A DNA stretch of 64,000 nucleotides from Selaginella moellendorffii (GCF_000143415.4 NW_003314295.1:1732631-1796630), one strand, 5' to 3'; positions 11,817 through 24,218 are shown, numbered from the stretch's first letter. Numbers and translations are program-made. Notes: generated from the sequence alone by a model not told the origin.

Positions 11817-13808
11817 ATGGCGCATCCTCTACTGGCGCTATCGATTCCATCGGCGCCCGTCTCGGCTTCCTCCTCCTCCTCCTCCGACGCTCACATTCTC
11901 CACTCCACAGGTTCGTCGTCGCCGCTCCTCACAGCGTTTCAATCGCCGGCTCCATCCGGGAGGATTGCTGCTGCTCCGGGCCCTTCCAGGGTTTCGCTCG
12001 CAGGGTTTTGCGCGTGCGCTAGGCAGGGGATTAGGGTTGATGCGGCCGCTGGTGGCCGCGGCAGGGTTTCGGCATTCCTGGACAATGACGCTGTCGATCT
12101 CAATCCCTCCTCGATGGTGCCCGTGATGAGGAAGGAATTTGGTGCCTTTGGCGGTGGCGCGACGCTGGAAAAATCCAAGCTTGACCTCTCGTCCACGTCT
12201 TCGACCAAGTCCAGGCCTCAGGCAAGCGAGCTCTTTTTTATTCTTTCGTAGCTGATGAAGAAGAAAAAAATGTTGTTCTTCCTTTCAGCTAGAGGACGGT
12301 GACAATGGTGGAAACATTGGCAAAGGAAACAGGCATGGCGGTGGTGATAGCGGCGACGATGGTGGAGACGACGACGCTTATTTCGGTGATGGTGACGAAG
12401 AAGAAGATGGTGGAAACGATGGTCTCTTTGGCAAACGAATAATTGTTCCAGAGGTACGAGAGATCCTTGGAATGAGAAAACTGACTTTGTTCTCTTCCTA
12501 AACAGATTTTCGACCGGAAAATCCTGGAGGCGGTGATGAAGGAATGGTACCGAACTATGAGTGACTTGCCTCTTGGTTTCAAGCAGGCTTTTGAGCTGGT
12601 AAGCAAAAGCTTAAATGGTCGCTCGCTCGTCTGACTGTCTGTGTCAAAAGGGATTGGTGAGCTCCGCGCAGCTCGTGAGATTCTTTTCAATGAGTGCCAG
12701 GCCAACGTTCTCAAGGGCGCTCTACAGACTGTTTCCTCCATCGCTTCCAAGGTTGTAACTTACCATTTCTTTCTCTCTGAACTTTGTTTTTCTGAGCCTG
12801 TTGTCTTGGTTTTTGACAGAATGCTTGCAGATCCAAGCTGGTATCCTTACAAAATATGCTTGGAGCAACTCGCTACCATTGGTTACGGATGTTGGTGGGA
12901 GTACCAGCGTCGGGGTGAAAGGTGAGCTCGTCGCTCTTCTTCTTTTTCTGTGTATGTTTGATTGAATCAATTTTTGTGCACAGGATCAAGGACGAGTGGG
13001 ATTTGGCTCTATGCAACGTCCTCACTCTCGCGGCTTGTAACTTAGCCGTTGTTTGGTCGCTCGCGCCGACAAGGTCCTACGGCTCAACCTTCAAGTACGA
13101 GTTTCAGAACGTTCTACAGAAGCTTCCCAACAACATCTTCGACAAGAGCTACTCCATGCGGAATTACAACATGGGGCAGAGGCTCTGCAGCTTTTTCTAC
13201 AAGGCAGGTGTGCTTGGCTTTTTGGGTGCGTTCCTTGGAGCTGCTGGAGCGGGATTGTCAAAGGCTTGCATTACTTTGAGAAAGCAGCGGTATGGTTTCC
13301 AAGACTTTTATGTTTGGTTCTGATGTACATATCATTGGCTGGCCTGTCTGTAGTGGTGCGAGCGACGAGTCTTCGGTGCCTTTGCCTTCGGTCCAAACAA
13401 GTGCTCTCGGCTATGGTGCTTTCCTTGGCTTATCCGGAAACTTTAGATACCAGCTGGTCTACGGAGCGGAACGCGCGATGCAAGAGCATCTCAATCACCT
13501 GGGCGTTGTGATCCTTTGCAGCTCCGCTTTGAGGTACGCACAAAAGCATGGTTTGTGAGTGGAAATTCAACTTTGTTTTTTTTTTGTATAGGCTGCTGTC
13601 GATTCGCGTAGGCGATGCCAGTCGAGTAGCTCTCCTCGGTTTGGATTCCGACGCGAAGAAGGCCCGAGATGGGAAAGCGTACCGCCGGCCTTCTCTCCCG
13701 TCCATGGAGTCCCTCAAGAACGGCTTCTCCATGTCCGGTTTGCTCGATGCCAAGAAGGATATCTTCGCAAAGAGGAAAGTCAAGAGGAGAGTTATGGCCG
13801 TGCAATAG
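11817..13808 (+). CDS. DUF3411 / RETICULATA-related plastid envelope protein, multi-exon
   Basis: Ser-rich transit peptide, GGGATLEKSKLDL, a Gly/Asp-rich linker, then EAVMKEWYRTMSDLPLG, RMLADP, WWEYQRRG, YGAFLGLSGNFRYQL. First intron is GC-AG (12222-12288). Confidence 0.9.
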
Positions 13809-14643
13809 ACGAGGATCCACCACCGCCGGAAGAGGTGCTACGTTTATTTCTTTTTATTTCTGACTGCCAGCTTTTTCTCATCGTCTGGCCGCCGCAAAGA
13901 ACGTGAGGTGTTTTCGCTGCGCAACTCTTCCTTTTTTTTTTTTTGTGAAATAAGAGAGGTATTCTACGTGGAATTAAATCCACCGGCCATGCAAGTGATG
14001 GAGAATACGAAAGTTTGCAAAGTCAAGAAAAGGAGGAAACAGTTCAATTGACGTTGGCCAGTCGGCGTTGCATGAAGTCACAGCTTTTTACGTGGAAATA
14101 CATACTTCTATTCTTTTTTGTTAGAGTTTGCCGAATCACCAGACACTACGGTCTCTGTCCTAAGCTTCAATGATGTAATCACGACTCTTTCGTGGAGTGG
14201 CGCTATAGCCGAAGAATCGGCCATAGCTGGAAACACAGTGCCAAGTTTCCAGAGAGAATTTCACTTCACTACGAATTGGACGAAGCAACGAAACGTGTTC
14301 TTGACCGCAAAAGTAAAAAGCTCGTTCGCGCGAACGTTCGCTCCGATGGCTCAATCCAATCCAACAAGCGTGCAACCAAAAGGTGGTGGCGGCCATCGTC
14401 ATGGAGCACAAGTAAACCCAAAATGTACGATCGATGGGATTGATCCACCACAACCATGGAAGACAAAAAAACTTTGACGTTATGGAGGGACCATAGCAAA
14501 GAATCTCTTTTTTTTTTAGTGGGGAGAAAAGAATCATCTATGTACAAATTTGTTGTTCCCCCGTGTCCACAGCTTACAAACTTATCTTCTCGAAACTTTT
14601 CTTCCCGCAACTTTTCTTCCCGATTTCTCGAGAGATCGAACGC

Positions 14644-16698
14644 TCAATGCCGCAACTGGACGGTAGTCACGCCACCCAGCGCGGTGCTAAAGCTCCTCTC
14701 CGATCTGTGGAGGATCCTCAGCAGCGAGCTCGCCTTCCTCTTAGCTCGCGGCGTCCCAACCGTGATGAGATTGTAGAGCGCCGGGACGGTGGCCGAGATC
14801 TTGAGCAGCTGGTTGACGATGGTGTCACTGCCACTCCGGCACAGCGCCAGGAGAACCGCGGTGGAGTTCTCCTTCCCTTTGGACGATCCCATTCTCAGCA
14901 GTCCCACCAGCAGAGGAATCGCCCCTGTTCCACTCAGTGCCAGGAGTCCCTCGGAGGAGCTGGCCAGTAGAGCTAACACCGCCAGCGCGTCGTCGGTGAT
15001 GTCCGCGTCCTCGGTGAGTAGCTCCACTAGCAAAGGCACCGCGCCAGCCGCGATGATCCTGCCTTTGTTGCCGTGGTAAACTGCCAAGTTGAAGAGCGCG
15101 GTCGCGGCATCGCGCTTCCCACGCGCGCTGCTCCCTTCTCGCAGCAGCGCGATGAGAGACGTGAAAGTTTCGCTCTTGCTGCCGATCAGGACCTTGTACT
15201 CGTCCACCACGGACAGGCTGAACAGCGTCGCCGCGGCATTCTCTCGAGACTCCACTGTGCTGCCTGACTTAAGCACCGCCAGGATCGGATCGACTGCCCC
15301 GGCCGAGACGATGAGCTTCTTGTTGGCGTCGCAGATGGACAAGTTGAGGATGGCCGTGATCGCGTTCTCTTGAGTCTTTGCGTCTCGCGATGAAAGCAGC
15401 GGCACCAAGAACGGGATCGCTCCTGCCTCGGCGATGCAAACCCGGTTGTCCGTTCCACATTTGGCCAGCAGCCTGAGCTCGTATGCCACTTGCTTTTGGA
15501 CCTCTGGCGGGCCTGACGCAAGCTTGCCAACCAGAAAAGCTGCCGTGAGCTTTGTAGCTTCCAGAGCAGCTCGTGTGGTCACGAGATTGTCCACCGAGAG
15601 CGTTGGCTTGTTGCCGCTGGCGTGGGAGTTGTATGGAACTTTGTGATCCTCGCACCACTGCCGGATCAGACTCCTCAGCGCGTGATTCGGAATCACGTTG
15701 ACGTGCGCTAGCTTCTGTCCGCTCTTCGGGCACGTCGAGTGGCCGGAGTCGATCCACCTCTGGATGGATACGCGGTCGTAAGTCTGGCCTGACGAGATGA
15801 TCACCGGGTCTTGCATCAGCTCCAGACTTATCGGGCATTTGAATTCGTCCGGGACGTCGGATCCGGTCGCTTGTACCGCTGCGTCGTTGCTGGCCTCCAC
15901 AGTGGTGGCCTCCACTTCGAGAGTCTCTTCTATGCACACGCCGAAGAGCACGCACTTGCAGTAACGCCCAAAGCTGATCAAGTTCTTGATGCTGATGAGC
16001 GCTGCCATGTCGCCACCCGTGGCCAAGCTCTCCATCTCCTCCTCCAAAAGATAGAGCTCCCTTTGGAGCTCGGAGCATATGTCGATCTGGAGGCTCTCGA
16101 AGAAGCTCCTCACTCTGAGCTCGTCGGGCGTTTCCTTCCTCTCCACTTCACTCAGCATGCCCAACACCTCGGCACGCATCTTCTCGTCGGACGCCTCGTA
16201 GATGGGCGTCGATCGCTTGGACTGCAATCTAAGCAGCTCCACCTGTTCCTTCACCTCCACGGAGATCTCCAAGAGATCAAGAGGGAGCCCGGATAGCTCC
16301 GACGCGATCTCCTGCGTGAGCTCGTAGAATTGCTCCGACACCCTTCGTGTTTGCATGAGCAACCATAGCCGGCTTCCTTCCCTGCACTCGTCAAGGAGCA
16401 ATTTTGCCCTCTGGATCGTGAGATGGAGCTCCCGGAAGGCCAACACCGCGGAGGGCGGCAGCGTTGGATGGCAGTCCTTGATCTCCTCGAACAGAGGGCC
16501 GAGGAGCTTGATCCGGCGCACGATGTTGGACTGATTGCGCTGCTGGATCATCCTCGGCCGCTCGTAGAACCCGACCTCTTGCGCGAGATTATAGAGCTCC
16601 TTGACGAGGCTGAGCGCGCTGGGACTGGGAGGAGGCGGCATCAGCGCCATGACCAGCCGCCTTCTCTTGCTAAACGGCGATGGCTTCCGTTGCATCAT
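14644..16698 (-). CDS. Intronless UND/U-box/ARM E3 ubiquitin ligase (PUB16/17-like)
   Basis: U-box VPDEFKCPISLELMQDPVIISSGQTYDRVSIQRWI, ARM repeats and GTPRAKRKASSLL; first ATG at 16698. Confidence 0.95.
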   Translation of the reverse strand: MMQRKPSPFSKRRRLVMALMPPPPSPSALSLVKELYNLAQEVGFYERPRMIQQRNQSNIVRRIKLLGPLFEEIKDCHPTLPPSAVLAFRELHLTIQRAKLLLDECREGSRLWLLMQTRRVSEQFYELTQEIASELSGLPLDLLEISVEVKEQVELLRLQSKRSTPIYEASDEKMRAEVLGMLSEVERKETPDELRVRSFFESLQIDICSELQRELYLLEEEMESLATGGDMAALISIKNLISFGRYCKCVLFGVCIEETLEVEATTVEASNDAAVQATGSDVPDEFKCPISLELMQDPVIISSGQTYDRVSIQRWIDSGHSTCPKSGQKLAHVNVIPNHALRSLIRQWCEDHKVPYNSHASGNKPTLSVDNLVTTRAALEATKLTAAFLVGKLASGPPEVQKQVAYELRLLAKCGTDNRVCIAEAGAIPFLVPLLSSRDAKTQENAITAILNLSICDANKKLIVSAGAVDPILAVLKSGSTVESRENAAATLFSLSVVDEYKVLIGSKSETFTSLIALLREGSSARGKRDAATALFNLAVYHGNKGRIIAAGAVPLLVELLTEDADITDDALAVLALLASSSEGLLALSGTGAIPLLVGLLRMGSSKGKENSTAVLLALCRSGSDTIVNQLLKISATVPALYNLITVGTPRAKRKASSLLRILHRSERSFSTALGGVTTVQLRH

Positions 16699-17290
16699 CG
16701 ATCTTGCTTTGCTTAGAACCCTACCTCTGCGCAATCTAGAGAAATCCCTGCGACCAAATGTACCTCGATCGATCGATTCTAGCGGCTAGAACATCGATTC
16801 ACTCCAGAGGAGAGCTAGCAATCTGCGCGGCAGCGCGTGTGGCGGCGGCCCTCTTCCTCTTGGGAAATATTTGAAATGGGCAAAAGAGAGAAAGCCCTCT
16901 CTATATAAATGAGCCTCCCTCCCATACGTTGAATAGAGCGGCGATTGACGGCTGGGATCCTTCCCAGCGGCGGTGGCGATTTACCGCGCCCACGTCGATC
17001 CGACGGCTGGCGCTCGCTAAGGTCGGCTATGTGCGACATGGCATGAAATTTGGGCCAGGTCCCATTCACTGTTTGCTCTACATCGCGTGGAGGGCCGGGC
17101 TTGCGAATTGTGGCCCGCCCAGATTTGGCCAATTCCAACACGCCCTGGAGCGGCGTCCAAATGGTAACGTTTGGAGGCACGATCGATTAAAATTAGCATA
17201 ACCCGCGCATAAACCACGTGTTGGAAGGCGTGCGCTCACGTTGTGTATGGATACGCTCGTTTAGTAGCTCGACGTGCTTAACAATGCCCC

Positions 17291-17414
17291 GGGATTATTA
17301 TAATGTAATGCGTGGTTAGCCACAACGTGGAGGCGTTCCATGACGGGATTATTCTAATGCGATGCGTGGTTAGCCTGCATGACGGGATTATTTTAATGTA
17401 ATGGATGGTTTAGG
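17291..17414. repeat. Three imperfect copies of GGGATTATTnTAATGnnATGnnTGGTT
   Basis: Copies at about 17291, 17345 and 17384, upstream of the U-box gene. Confidence 0.8.
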
Positions 17415-18114
17415 CACTACGTGGAAGACGGGAGCGCAAAACTCCAGCAGGAAAATGGAGAAGGCCCGGACAAGCAAAGCCAGTCCAAATGCAAGAAAAT
17501 CTTGGTAAGCAAACAAGAGAATAGTGGAAGATGGCATTTGGGCGTGACAATTGTCGCATGGGTTGATGAACCCTAATTGGCTGGCCGGCAAGTTGGCCGT
17601 CGGTGGTTTTGGTCGACGACACCGACCATGTTGGTTGAGACGTGATTTGCATCTTCTTTTTCCTTTCCGCGCAAGACGGATTGATCTGGTGTTGTTGGAT
17701 CGCACTTTTGTTTGCTGTGGCACCAAACTCAAACAGTTGACCTTGATGATCTTGAGCAAAAGTCAAAAACACGGCTGCAAGCCACAAACATTTACAGCAG
17801 CGATTGTCAAATGTCAACTGCACGAGGCTTCGTTCCGAGGCGCACTAGACTCTAATAGCCGACTTCAACCACGGTTGAAGTCAATGTGGCCCCCTGTTTC
17901 AAACGTGGGGTCAAAGAAACAGATATTCCATTCAAGATGCTCTGATTTCCCTTGCGAATCTTTCCTTTGCAAACAGGAGGGAATCGCAGTGATGGAGCAG
18001 CAAGAAACCACAGTGTCGATGGATTGCCACAAGTTTCTTACGAGATCCTCATTGTAAGTTTTCAGGCCCCACATTGATCCAAAGAATAGTGGAAAAAAAT
18101 CGTTTGTATCTTGA

Positions 18115-19167
18115 TCACGAAGATGTTCTGATCAACACAAGTGTCTGGAGCATTATCTGGACAAGGGCGCCGTACACAGCACTCGCGTAGTGCATGCCAT
18201 CGCCCGTACACCCTCTCCCACACAAGGAGCTCACCTCCTTCACGTCCAACACCCTGAAATCCCCGCCGGGGAGCGTGAGATTGCTCCTGCCCAGCTCCTC
18301 GTCGTAGCGAGACAGCAATGGCGCCGTCATCTTCTCGCGCTTGGCCGCGGTGTTGAGAAGCCCGGGCACCAGCACCGGAAGATTCAGCCAGAACAAGTGT
18401 GGCGCGCGTAGCGATCGAGCAGCCGCCGCCAAATCTCTCAAGCTGGCGCCGTAGTCGGATGGATCCGAGACGTGCAACATGTGCCACAGCCCGGCTCCCG
18501 CGATGATCACGTCCGGAGAGCGAGAGCGCGCGCTTGATCCTGATCCATTCCCGGAATGCTGGAGCTCGAGAAGCTTGCTGGTTAAGTTGGCGGCGTATGG
18601 AGCCCAGAAGAAATCCACTCTGAGGTGCTCGTCTTCCAGGGTGTGGGAGAAGTCGCTGTGGAACTTGAAGAGCTGGGATCTCACTGGCGCCGGATCCTCC
18701 AGGAGGAGCTCCAGCAGCGAGAGAAGGAAGTACCGAGCTTGGGAGTCGCCAGCCACGACAATCCACGTCCCGGACAGGAACTCGAGCGCCTCCTCCCTGT
18801 GGAGCTCTCGGAACTTGCAGGCAGAGATGGCGGCGGATCTCTTCCTCGTCCAGGCCCAGCGGATCTTCTCCTCGTCGTCGCTATCGTCGAAGAAATTGAT
18901 GGCGTAGAGGGAGTGGAGGCAGCCGAGATTGGAAGAAGATGAAGAGGAGGACGAGAGGACGAGCGAGGAGATGGTGGAGTGGAAGGAGGAGACGAGGCGC
19001 GAGAGGGATGGCGCGTAGGGAAGAATGTGGACGGCGGCGGCGAGGATGATGAAGATGATGGTGCTGAAGAAGAGGACCCTGTTGCGTGTGATGTGCCAGC
19101 CCGCCATGGCGAGCGGCGCGAACACCACAATGCTGGCCGCGAGCAGCCCCGCCGCTGCCATCACCAT
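18115..19167 (-). CDS. AXY9: ALTERED XYLOGLUCAN 9-like cell-wall O-acetylation protein, intronless
   Basis: PLAMAGWHITRNRVLFFS N-terminus, GDS motif (VAGDSQAR) and DxxH motif (DGMHY). Confidence 0.9.
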   Translation of the reverse strand: MVMAAAGLLAASIVVFAPLAMAGWHITRNRVLFFSTIIFIILAAAVHILPYAPSLSRLVSSFHSTISSLVLSSSSSSSSNLGCLHSLYAINFFDDSDDEEKIRWAWTRKRSAAISACKFRELHREEALEFLSGTWIVVAGDSQARYFLLSLLELLLEDPAPVRSQLFKFHSDFSHTLEDEHLRVDFFWAPYAANLTSKLLELQHSGNGSGSSARSRSPDVIIAGAGLWHMLHVSDPSDYGASLRDLAAAARSLRAPHLFWLNLPVLVPGLLNTAAKREKMTAPLLSRYDEELGRSNLTLPGGDFRVLDVKEVSSLCGRGCTGDGMHYASAVYGALVQIMLQTLVLIRTSS

Positions 19168-19261
19168 CGATACATGAAAGAATTTCACCTCCGATCCAGC
19201 CCGCCCAGATCACAAGAAACCCTAGGAGGAAGAACCCTAGAACTCTAGTCCCCATTGATTC

Positions 19262-20694
19262 ATGAGTGATCTCCACGCCCAGGAGCTGATTCGATCGTGC
19301 CGGGGCCTCGCGGAAGCGGTAGCGCTGCATTCCTCGCTGTGCGATCGAGTGCATCTCGGCGTCTATCTCTCCAATCTGCTGGTCCAGATGTATGGGAAAT
19401 GCGGTTGCCCCGATCGCGCGAGGGCCGTCTTCGATGGAATCCGACCCAAGAATCGCTTCTCCTGGTCCTTAATGATCACGGCGTATGTGCAGAATGGATG
19501 TTTGATCCAAGCGCAAGAGCTCTTCGATCGAATGCCTGAGAGAGACCAGACCGCGTGGAACATCATGATCTCGGCATATGCCCAAACTAGGGATCTGGAG
19601 GAAGCCCAAGAACTCTTTCAAAGGATGCCCGACAAAGATATCGTGTCGTACGGTGCCATGCTGGCGGCATATGCTGAAAATGGCCAACTGGCGCGAGCCA
19701 CCGAAATTTTTAGAATCGTGCCGTACAGGGACATGCTGATGTGGACGAGCATGCTGACAGGGTATGCCCAGGCTGGGCAAATGGGCTTGGCGAAGAATCT
19801 GTTTGGTGGCATGCCCGAGTGGGACATGGTGAGCTATACGGCCTTGCTGTGTGGATATTCTCAGAACAATGCCTCGGAAGACGCGTGGCAAGTATTTACG
19901 GCAATGCCGCGGAGGGATCTAGTAACCTGGAACGCGATGCTTGCAGCATATGCCCACAGCGGGAATCTGCTGGAGTTTGAGAGATGCTTTTGGAAGATGC
20001 CCGAATGGAGCATGGCTTCTTGGAACACGATGCTTGCCGCGTACTTCCAGGCCGGAGATTTCCAGCGTGCGTCTCAAATCTATGACTCGATGCCGCGACA
20101 CGATTTAATCTCGTCGACTACGATGCTTGAGGTGTTTACTCAGCTGGGGCTTCTGGATTCAGCGAAGAAGCTCTTTGAGACGATGGAGGAGCCTCCTGGA
20201 CAGTAATGGTGAGCGCGTATGGACGGTCGGGATTTCTTGATTACGCGAAAGCCCTGTTGGAGAGCATTCCGGAACGGAATGTGATGCCTTGTACCGCTAT
20301 GCTTGCTTGTTACGCACAAAATGGGCTTCTTGACAAGGCCAGGAGAGTTTTGGACGAGATGCCCGAGCATGACGTGGTGCCGTGGAATGCCATGCTGGCA
20401 GGATATAGTCAAGGTGGGAGGCGTGACCTGGCAAGCGAGCTCTTTCAAGCAATGCGGCTGCAAGGACTCAAATCCGACCAGATCTCTTTTACGTGCTTGT
20501 TTCTGGGATTTAGTCACGGCGGAAAGATGGAAGACGCTCTAAGATGCTTCCTTTCGATGCAAAGTGATGATGGATTGGAGCCAGTGTTGCAACAATACTG
20601 CTGCATGGTGGATCTGCTGGACAGGGCTGGACGAGAAAAGGATGCCAGGAATTTAACTGCGAGCATTCCCTTCGAAAATCTAGGAATTCACTAG
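19262..20694 (+). pseudogene. PLS-class PPR gene split by a frameshift at about 20192, with a truncated E domain
   Basis: The repeat MEE[..]SWTVMVSAY continues in a different frame (ORFs 19262-20206 and 20206-20694). Confidence 0.8.
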
Positions 20695-20742
20695 TAGAGT
20701 AAATTATCACTGGCACAAGACAAAGAACATATTCATATTGAC

Positions 20743-21180
20743 ATGCCAAAGCACAAGTTAATCTTGTGGAATATTTTGTTGACTGGGGGGGGGGGATTGG
20801 ACGAAGCAAAAGAAGTTTTTGCAAGCGTCAAAACGGGCATCTTCGCGAGTCAAAGAGAATCTTCGATGCGATGCCAAACCATGGCTTGGAACTTGGAACT
20901 CCATGTTGTGTTGACTGGATTCTTCATAAGGAAGAGGCAAAGGGCCTGTTCAATTCGAATGCCATTTGGTGACCTGGTCTCATCGCCGAGCATGCTACAC
21001 GCAACGCGCGTACGCGGAATTAAGAAGCTAGCCAGTTCTTTGCAAATATGCCAGAGCTTACTTATACTACGCCCATAATGCCACCTCGGGCAAGCTCTTG
21101 GATTTCGGAGTCCACCATGCTTGCGGCTTATGCAAAGTGTCGGGGATTCTTCCAGGCCAAGAGTTTGTTCGATCGATTTA
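20743..21180 (+). pseudogene. Condensed shadow of the PPR at 43518-45464 (or a close paralog), sense orientation
   Basis: MPKHKLILWNILL..GLDEAKEVF and MPFGDLVSSPSMLHA match MPKHNLISWNALL..GLDEAKEVF and MPFGDLVSSTSMLHA. Confidence 0.85.
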
Positions 21181-21469
21181 GTTGTACCTACTCTTAAGAC
21201 TCAACCACAACTAAGTGAACATGACTCTTAACAATTAGAGACGATCACTCTCTTTGCCGCATCGCTCAGATGACAGTGTTTGAGGAAAAGCCACTCAGTC
21301 GCGCATCTCCATTATTTTTTTTTATAAAGTATTGTCAAATAATAAAGTTATTAGCTAATAAAAGATATGACAAAATCAAGAATAAGTCCACTTAATATCC
21401 TTGTCAAAATAAAATTTAAAGCATAAAATATAATCAACACTCGCCTCCATTCCAAGAAACAAGGTTTAG

Positions 21470-21700
21470 CTCTGGTAATCAATCGAACAGACTCTTTGCA
21501 GCAAGCATGGTGTTCCACTCCACAGAGTCCTTTTTGGCCAACACAAGCTCAGGTTTTAAGACGAGAAAAAACCACGAGGAGCGAGTTCCAAGTGACCATG
21601 GATTCAAATTCCCAAGAGCTTGCTTGAGGTGGCCATTCTGGGCGTAGACAAAAACCATGGCAGTTCAGTAAGCTCTGGCATATTTGCAAAGAACTTCTTT
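21470..21700 (-). pseudogene. Second, inverted shadow of the same PPR segment
   Basis: Matches 44000-44300. Perfect 29-nt inverted repeat with 21034-21062. Confidence 0.85.
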
Positions 21701-21804
21701 AATTCTTCAACACAAAAGTGTATCGATGGATTTTAGCTTAGTACATCTTGGTGAGGTGAAAGACCTGTTCATCAAATGCCATTTGGTGTCTTTGCAGCAC
21801 TTGG

Positions 21805-22110
21805 ACGTTCCATCCACAGTGACTAAATCCCAGAAATAGAGATCTGGTCGGCTTTGAGGCCTTTCAGCCGAAAAGGTGCCCATTTTGCAGGTAATATGCA
21901 ATCATGGCATCACATTCTGCTCCGGATGGTCTCCAACAGGGCTTTTGTGTCATCATCAAGTCCTGAACACCCATACGCCCTCACCATTACTGGAAGTTGC
22001 ATCTTCTCAAAGAATCTAAGAAAAGACCTAAAACATTGTAGTCAACAAGATTAAATTGTGCCACAGCATTACCAATTTCTGGCATGGAAGTATGTGGCAG
22101 GCATCAATGC
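21805..22110 (-). pseudogene. Inverted condensed shadow of the 3' part of PPR 19262-20694
   Basis: The reverse complement contains cagtaatggtgag.gcgtatgg, aaagccctgttggaga, ccgaccagatctct and ttctgggatttagtcac, as in 20200-20530. Confidence 0.85.
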
Positions 22111-22919
22111 TTCCTTGGAAGTCTAATAGACCCATATTTACACATATTTTGCACATATAGGATAACCATCAAAACTTATATTTGATATTTAAACACTTAA
22201 TTTGAGAAAATCGTGTGGAAGAAGTTACTTTATGAAATAAGGAGACAGTGGAAGGCGCGAGAGGGACGGACTGTGGACGAAGAAGAACCTCCCAAGGGGT
22301 GCTTTATATTTTTTGGACTATTAGTTCAGGCTAAATAGTTCTGTGAATCAAAAAGTGTACAAGGTAATAAGCAATTTTTTTAAAAAATGTCTTAAGTATA
22401 CCACCCCTATGTCTTACAAATTAAAGGCCAGCCCTAAACTATTTAACAAATCAGCTAGTTTAATTCCAGTTTTTGTGTCAATTCGATTCATAACAAAAAA
22501 AGACCAATATATTAATCAAGTGAACTAAACAACTTAGAAATTGTTTAATCAACCAAAGAAAACCTTTGGAGGTTAATCCACAACAACTTGTTGGTTTTGT
22601 GACAAAAACCAACAATTTCGGTGCCCTGTAAAGGCAAATTAATCTTGGAGAAAAATGTCTGGCAAGCTTTTTACAGAACACGTCAGTGGAGAGCTTATTA
22701 TAAGTAACAAAGGATCAAGTGGAAGCTATATCTTTTCACATTGACCGAGATTCCAGTTTTTGTGAAGAAGTCTATAGTCCAAAGTGATGCGATGCATGGA
22801 AAATATGAATTCGAATGGAGGTGAACCAGATCGATAATGCACTGAGATCAAAGAATCTAACAGAATCTTTGATCTCAGCCGTTGGGAGAAAAAGGTTTGT
22901 TCCCTTGGAGATCCCAGCG

Positions 22920-23870
22920 ATGTCGATCGCGTCGCCCGCCGCAGCGAATTCATCCGCTTTGCGATCTCAGCTAGCATTGGCGCCAGCGCCGCGTCCAGTA
23001 GCAGTAGCAGCAGCAACAGCAGCAGTGTACTCTTGTGAGGTCATTTCGTCCGTCTACGAGCCCTATAATCGGGTGGCAAGGGAGACAAGGGACGAGCGCA
23101 CAAAGAGTCGCGTGATTCGCCTTCAAGAGCTTGACAATGCAGTAAAACAGTGTCTTTTGTCAGAGTTTATTGGTGGCGGTGGTGGTCGGGTCTTGGATCT
23201 GGCTTGCGGTAGACGAGGCGACATCTTCAAGCTGGATGGACTAAGAGTGCACAAATACGTGGGAGTGGACTTCTCCATGAAAGAATCAGGGAGGCCGAGG
23301 CGAGAGCTCAAGCCTGTTTGTGGAGTACGATTGTTTCTCGTCACGTTTGCCTCAAGATGTCACAGCGGAGGAACCGTATGACGCTTGCAGCTGCCAGCTT
23401 GCAATACATTACGCTGCATCCAACGAGGCTACCGCACGTACAGCCCTGTACAACATCTCGTCGTCGCTAAAGCCGGGCGGATGGTTTGTAGGCACCACCG
23501 TGGACTCGCGGGTGGTTTTGGACAAGCTAAAGAGGGTGGGCAACACGACGGTGTCCAACAGTGTGCAGCTTGAAGAAACCCGTGAACAAGGAGCTGGTGT
23601 TTGGCAACGAATACGACTTTGCACTGGAGGGCATGGTCAATGACTGCCCTGAGTACCTTGTGTTTTTGATGCGTGGGAGAAGCTTGCAAGGGAGTATGGT
23701 CTGGAGCTGGTCATGTACCAAGAATTTGCTGGCAAACTGGGCAGGAAGGTTGGCGGGCTCACAGCCGCGGAGGCAGAGGTTTTCCCCCTGTATTGCGTCT
23801 TTGCTTTCCAAAAGCTCCCCTGTATGAGCAAGAATAAGAAGCGCAAACGAAATTAATTTGGTGAAATGAA
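22920..23870 (+). pseudogene. Intronless, frameshifted mRNA cap guanine-N7 methyltransferase (RNMT/Abd1 family)
   Basis: SRVIRLQELDNAVKQCLL, VLDLACGRRGDIFK, YVGVDFS, CQLAIHYA, LKPGGWFVGTT, GNEYDFALEG.VNDCPEYLV, spread over several frames. Confidence 0.85.
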
Positions 23871-24218
23871 TGTATAAAAGTCTCTCAATCAAATCTTGTT
23901 GTTTGCAAAAGGCAGCGTTCCCTACTTTCAAGTCCCACTTCTTGGAAGCTTGCCTCCATTCGATAGCATCTTCATAAAAGGCACGTCGAGTTGTCCTAAC
24001 AATGCAGCAAAGTGCTTTAAATTCAAAGTCCACGACCATCAGCCCTGGAAAAATCTAATGGTGAAATGAAGCTGATTGATGATTTAAATTGATGGAAAAA
24101 TGAAAACTAAAGTACATGTGTGCAGGTTACAGTGCAAGATGCTAGCACATAAGGTTTCAGCTTCTGCAAGTCAAGAGTAATGTAGCTAGCGCAGAACACA
24201 GATTTTTTTCCTCGTGAT

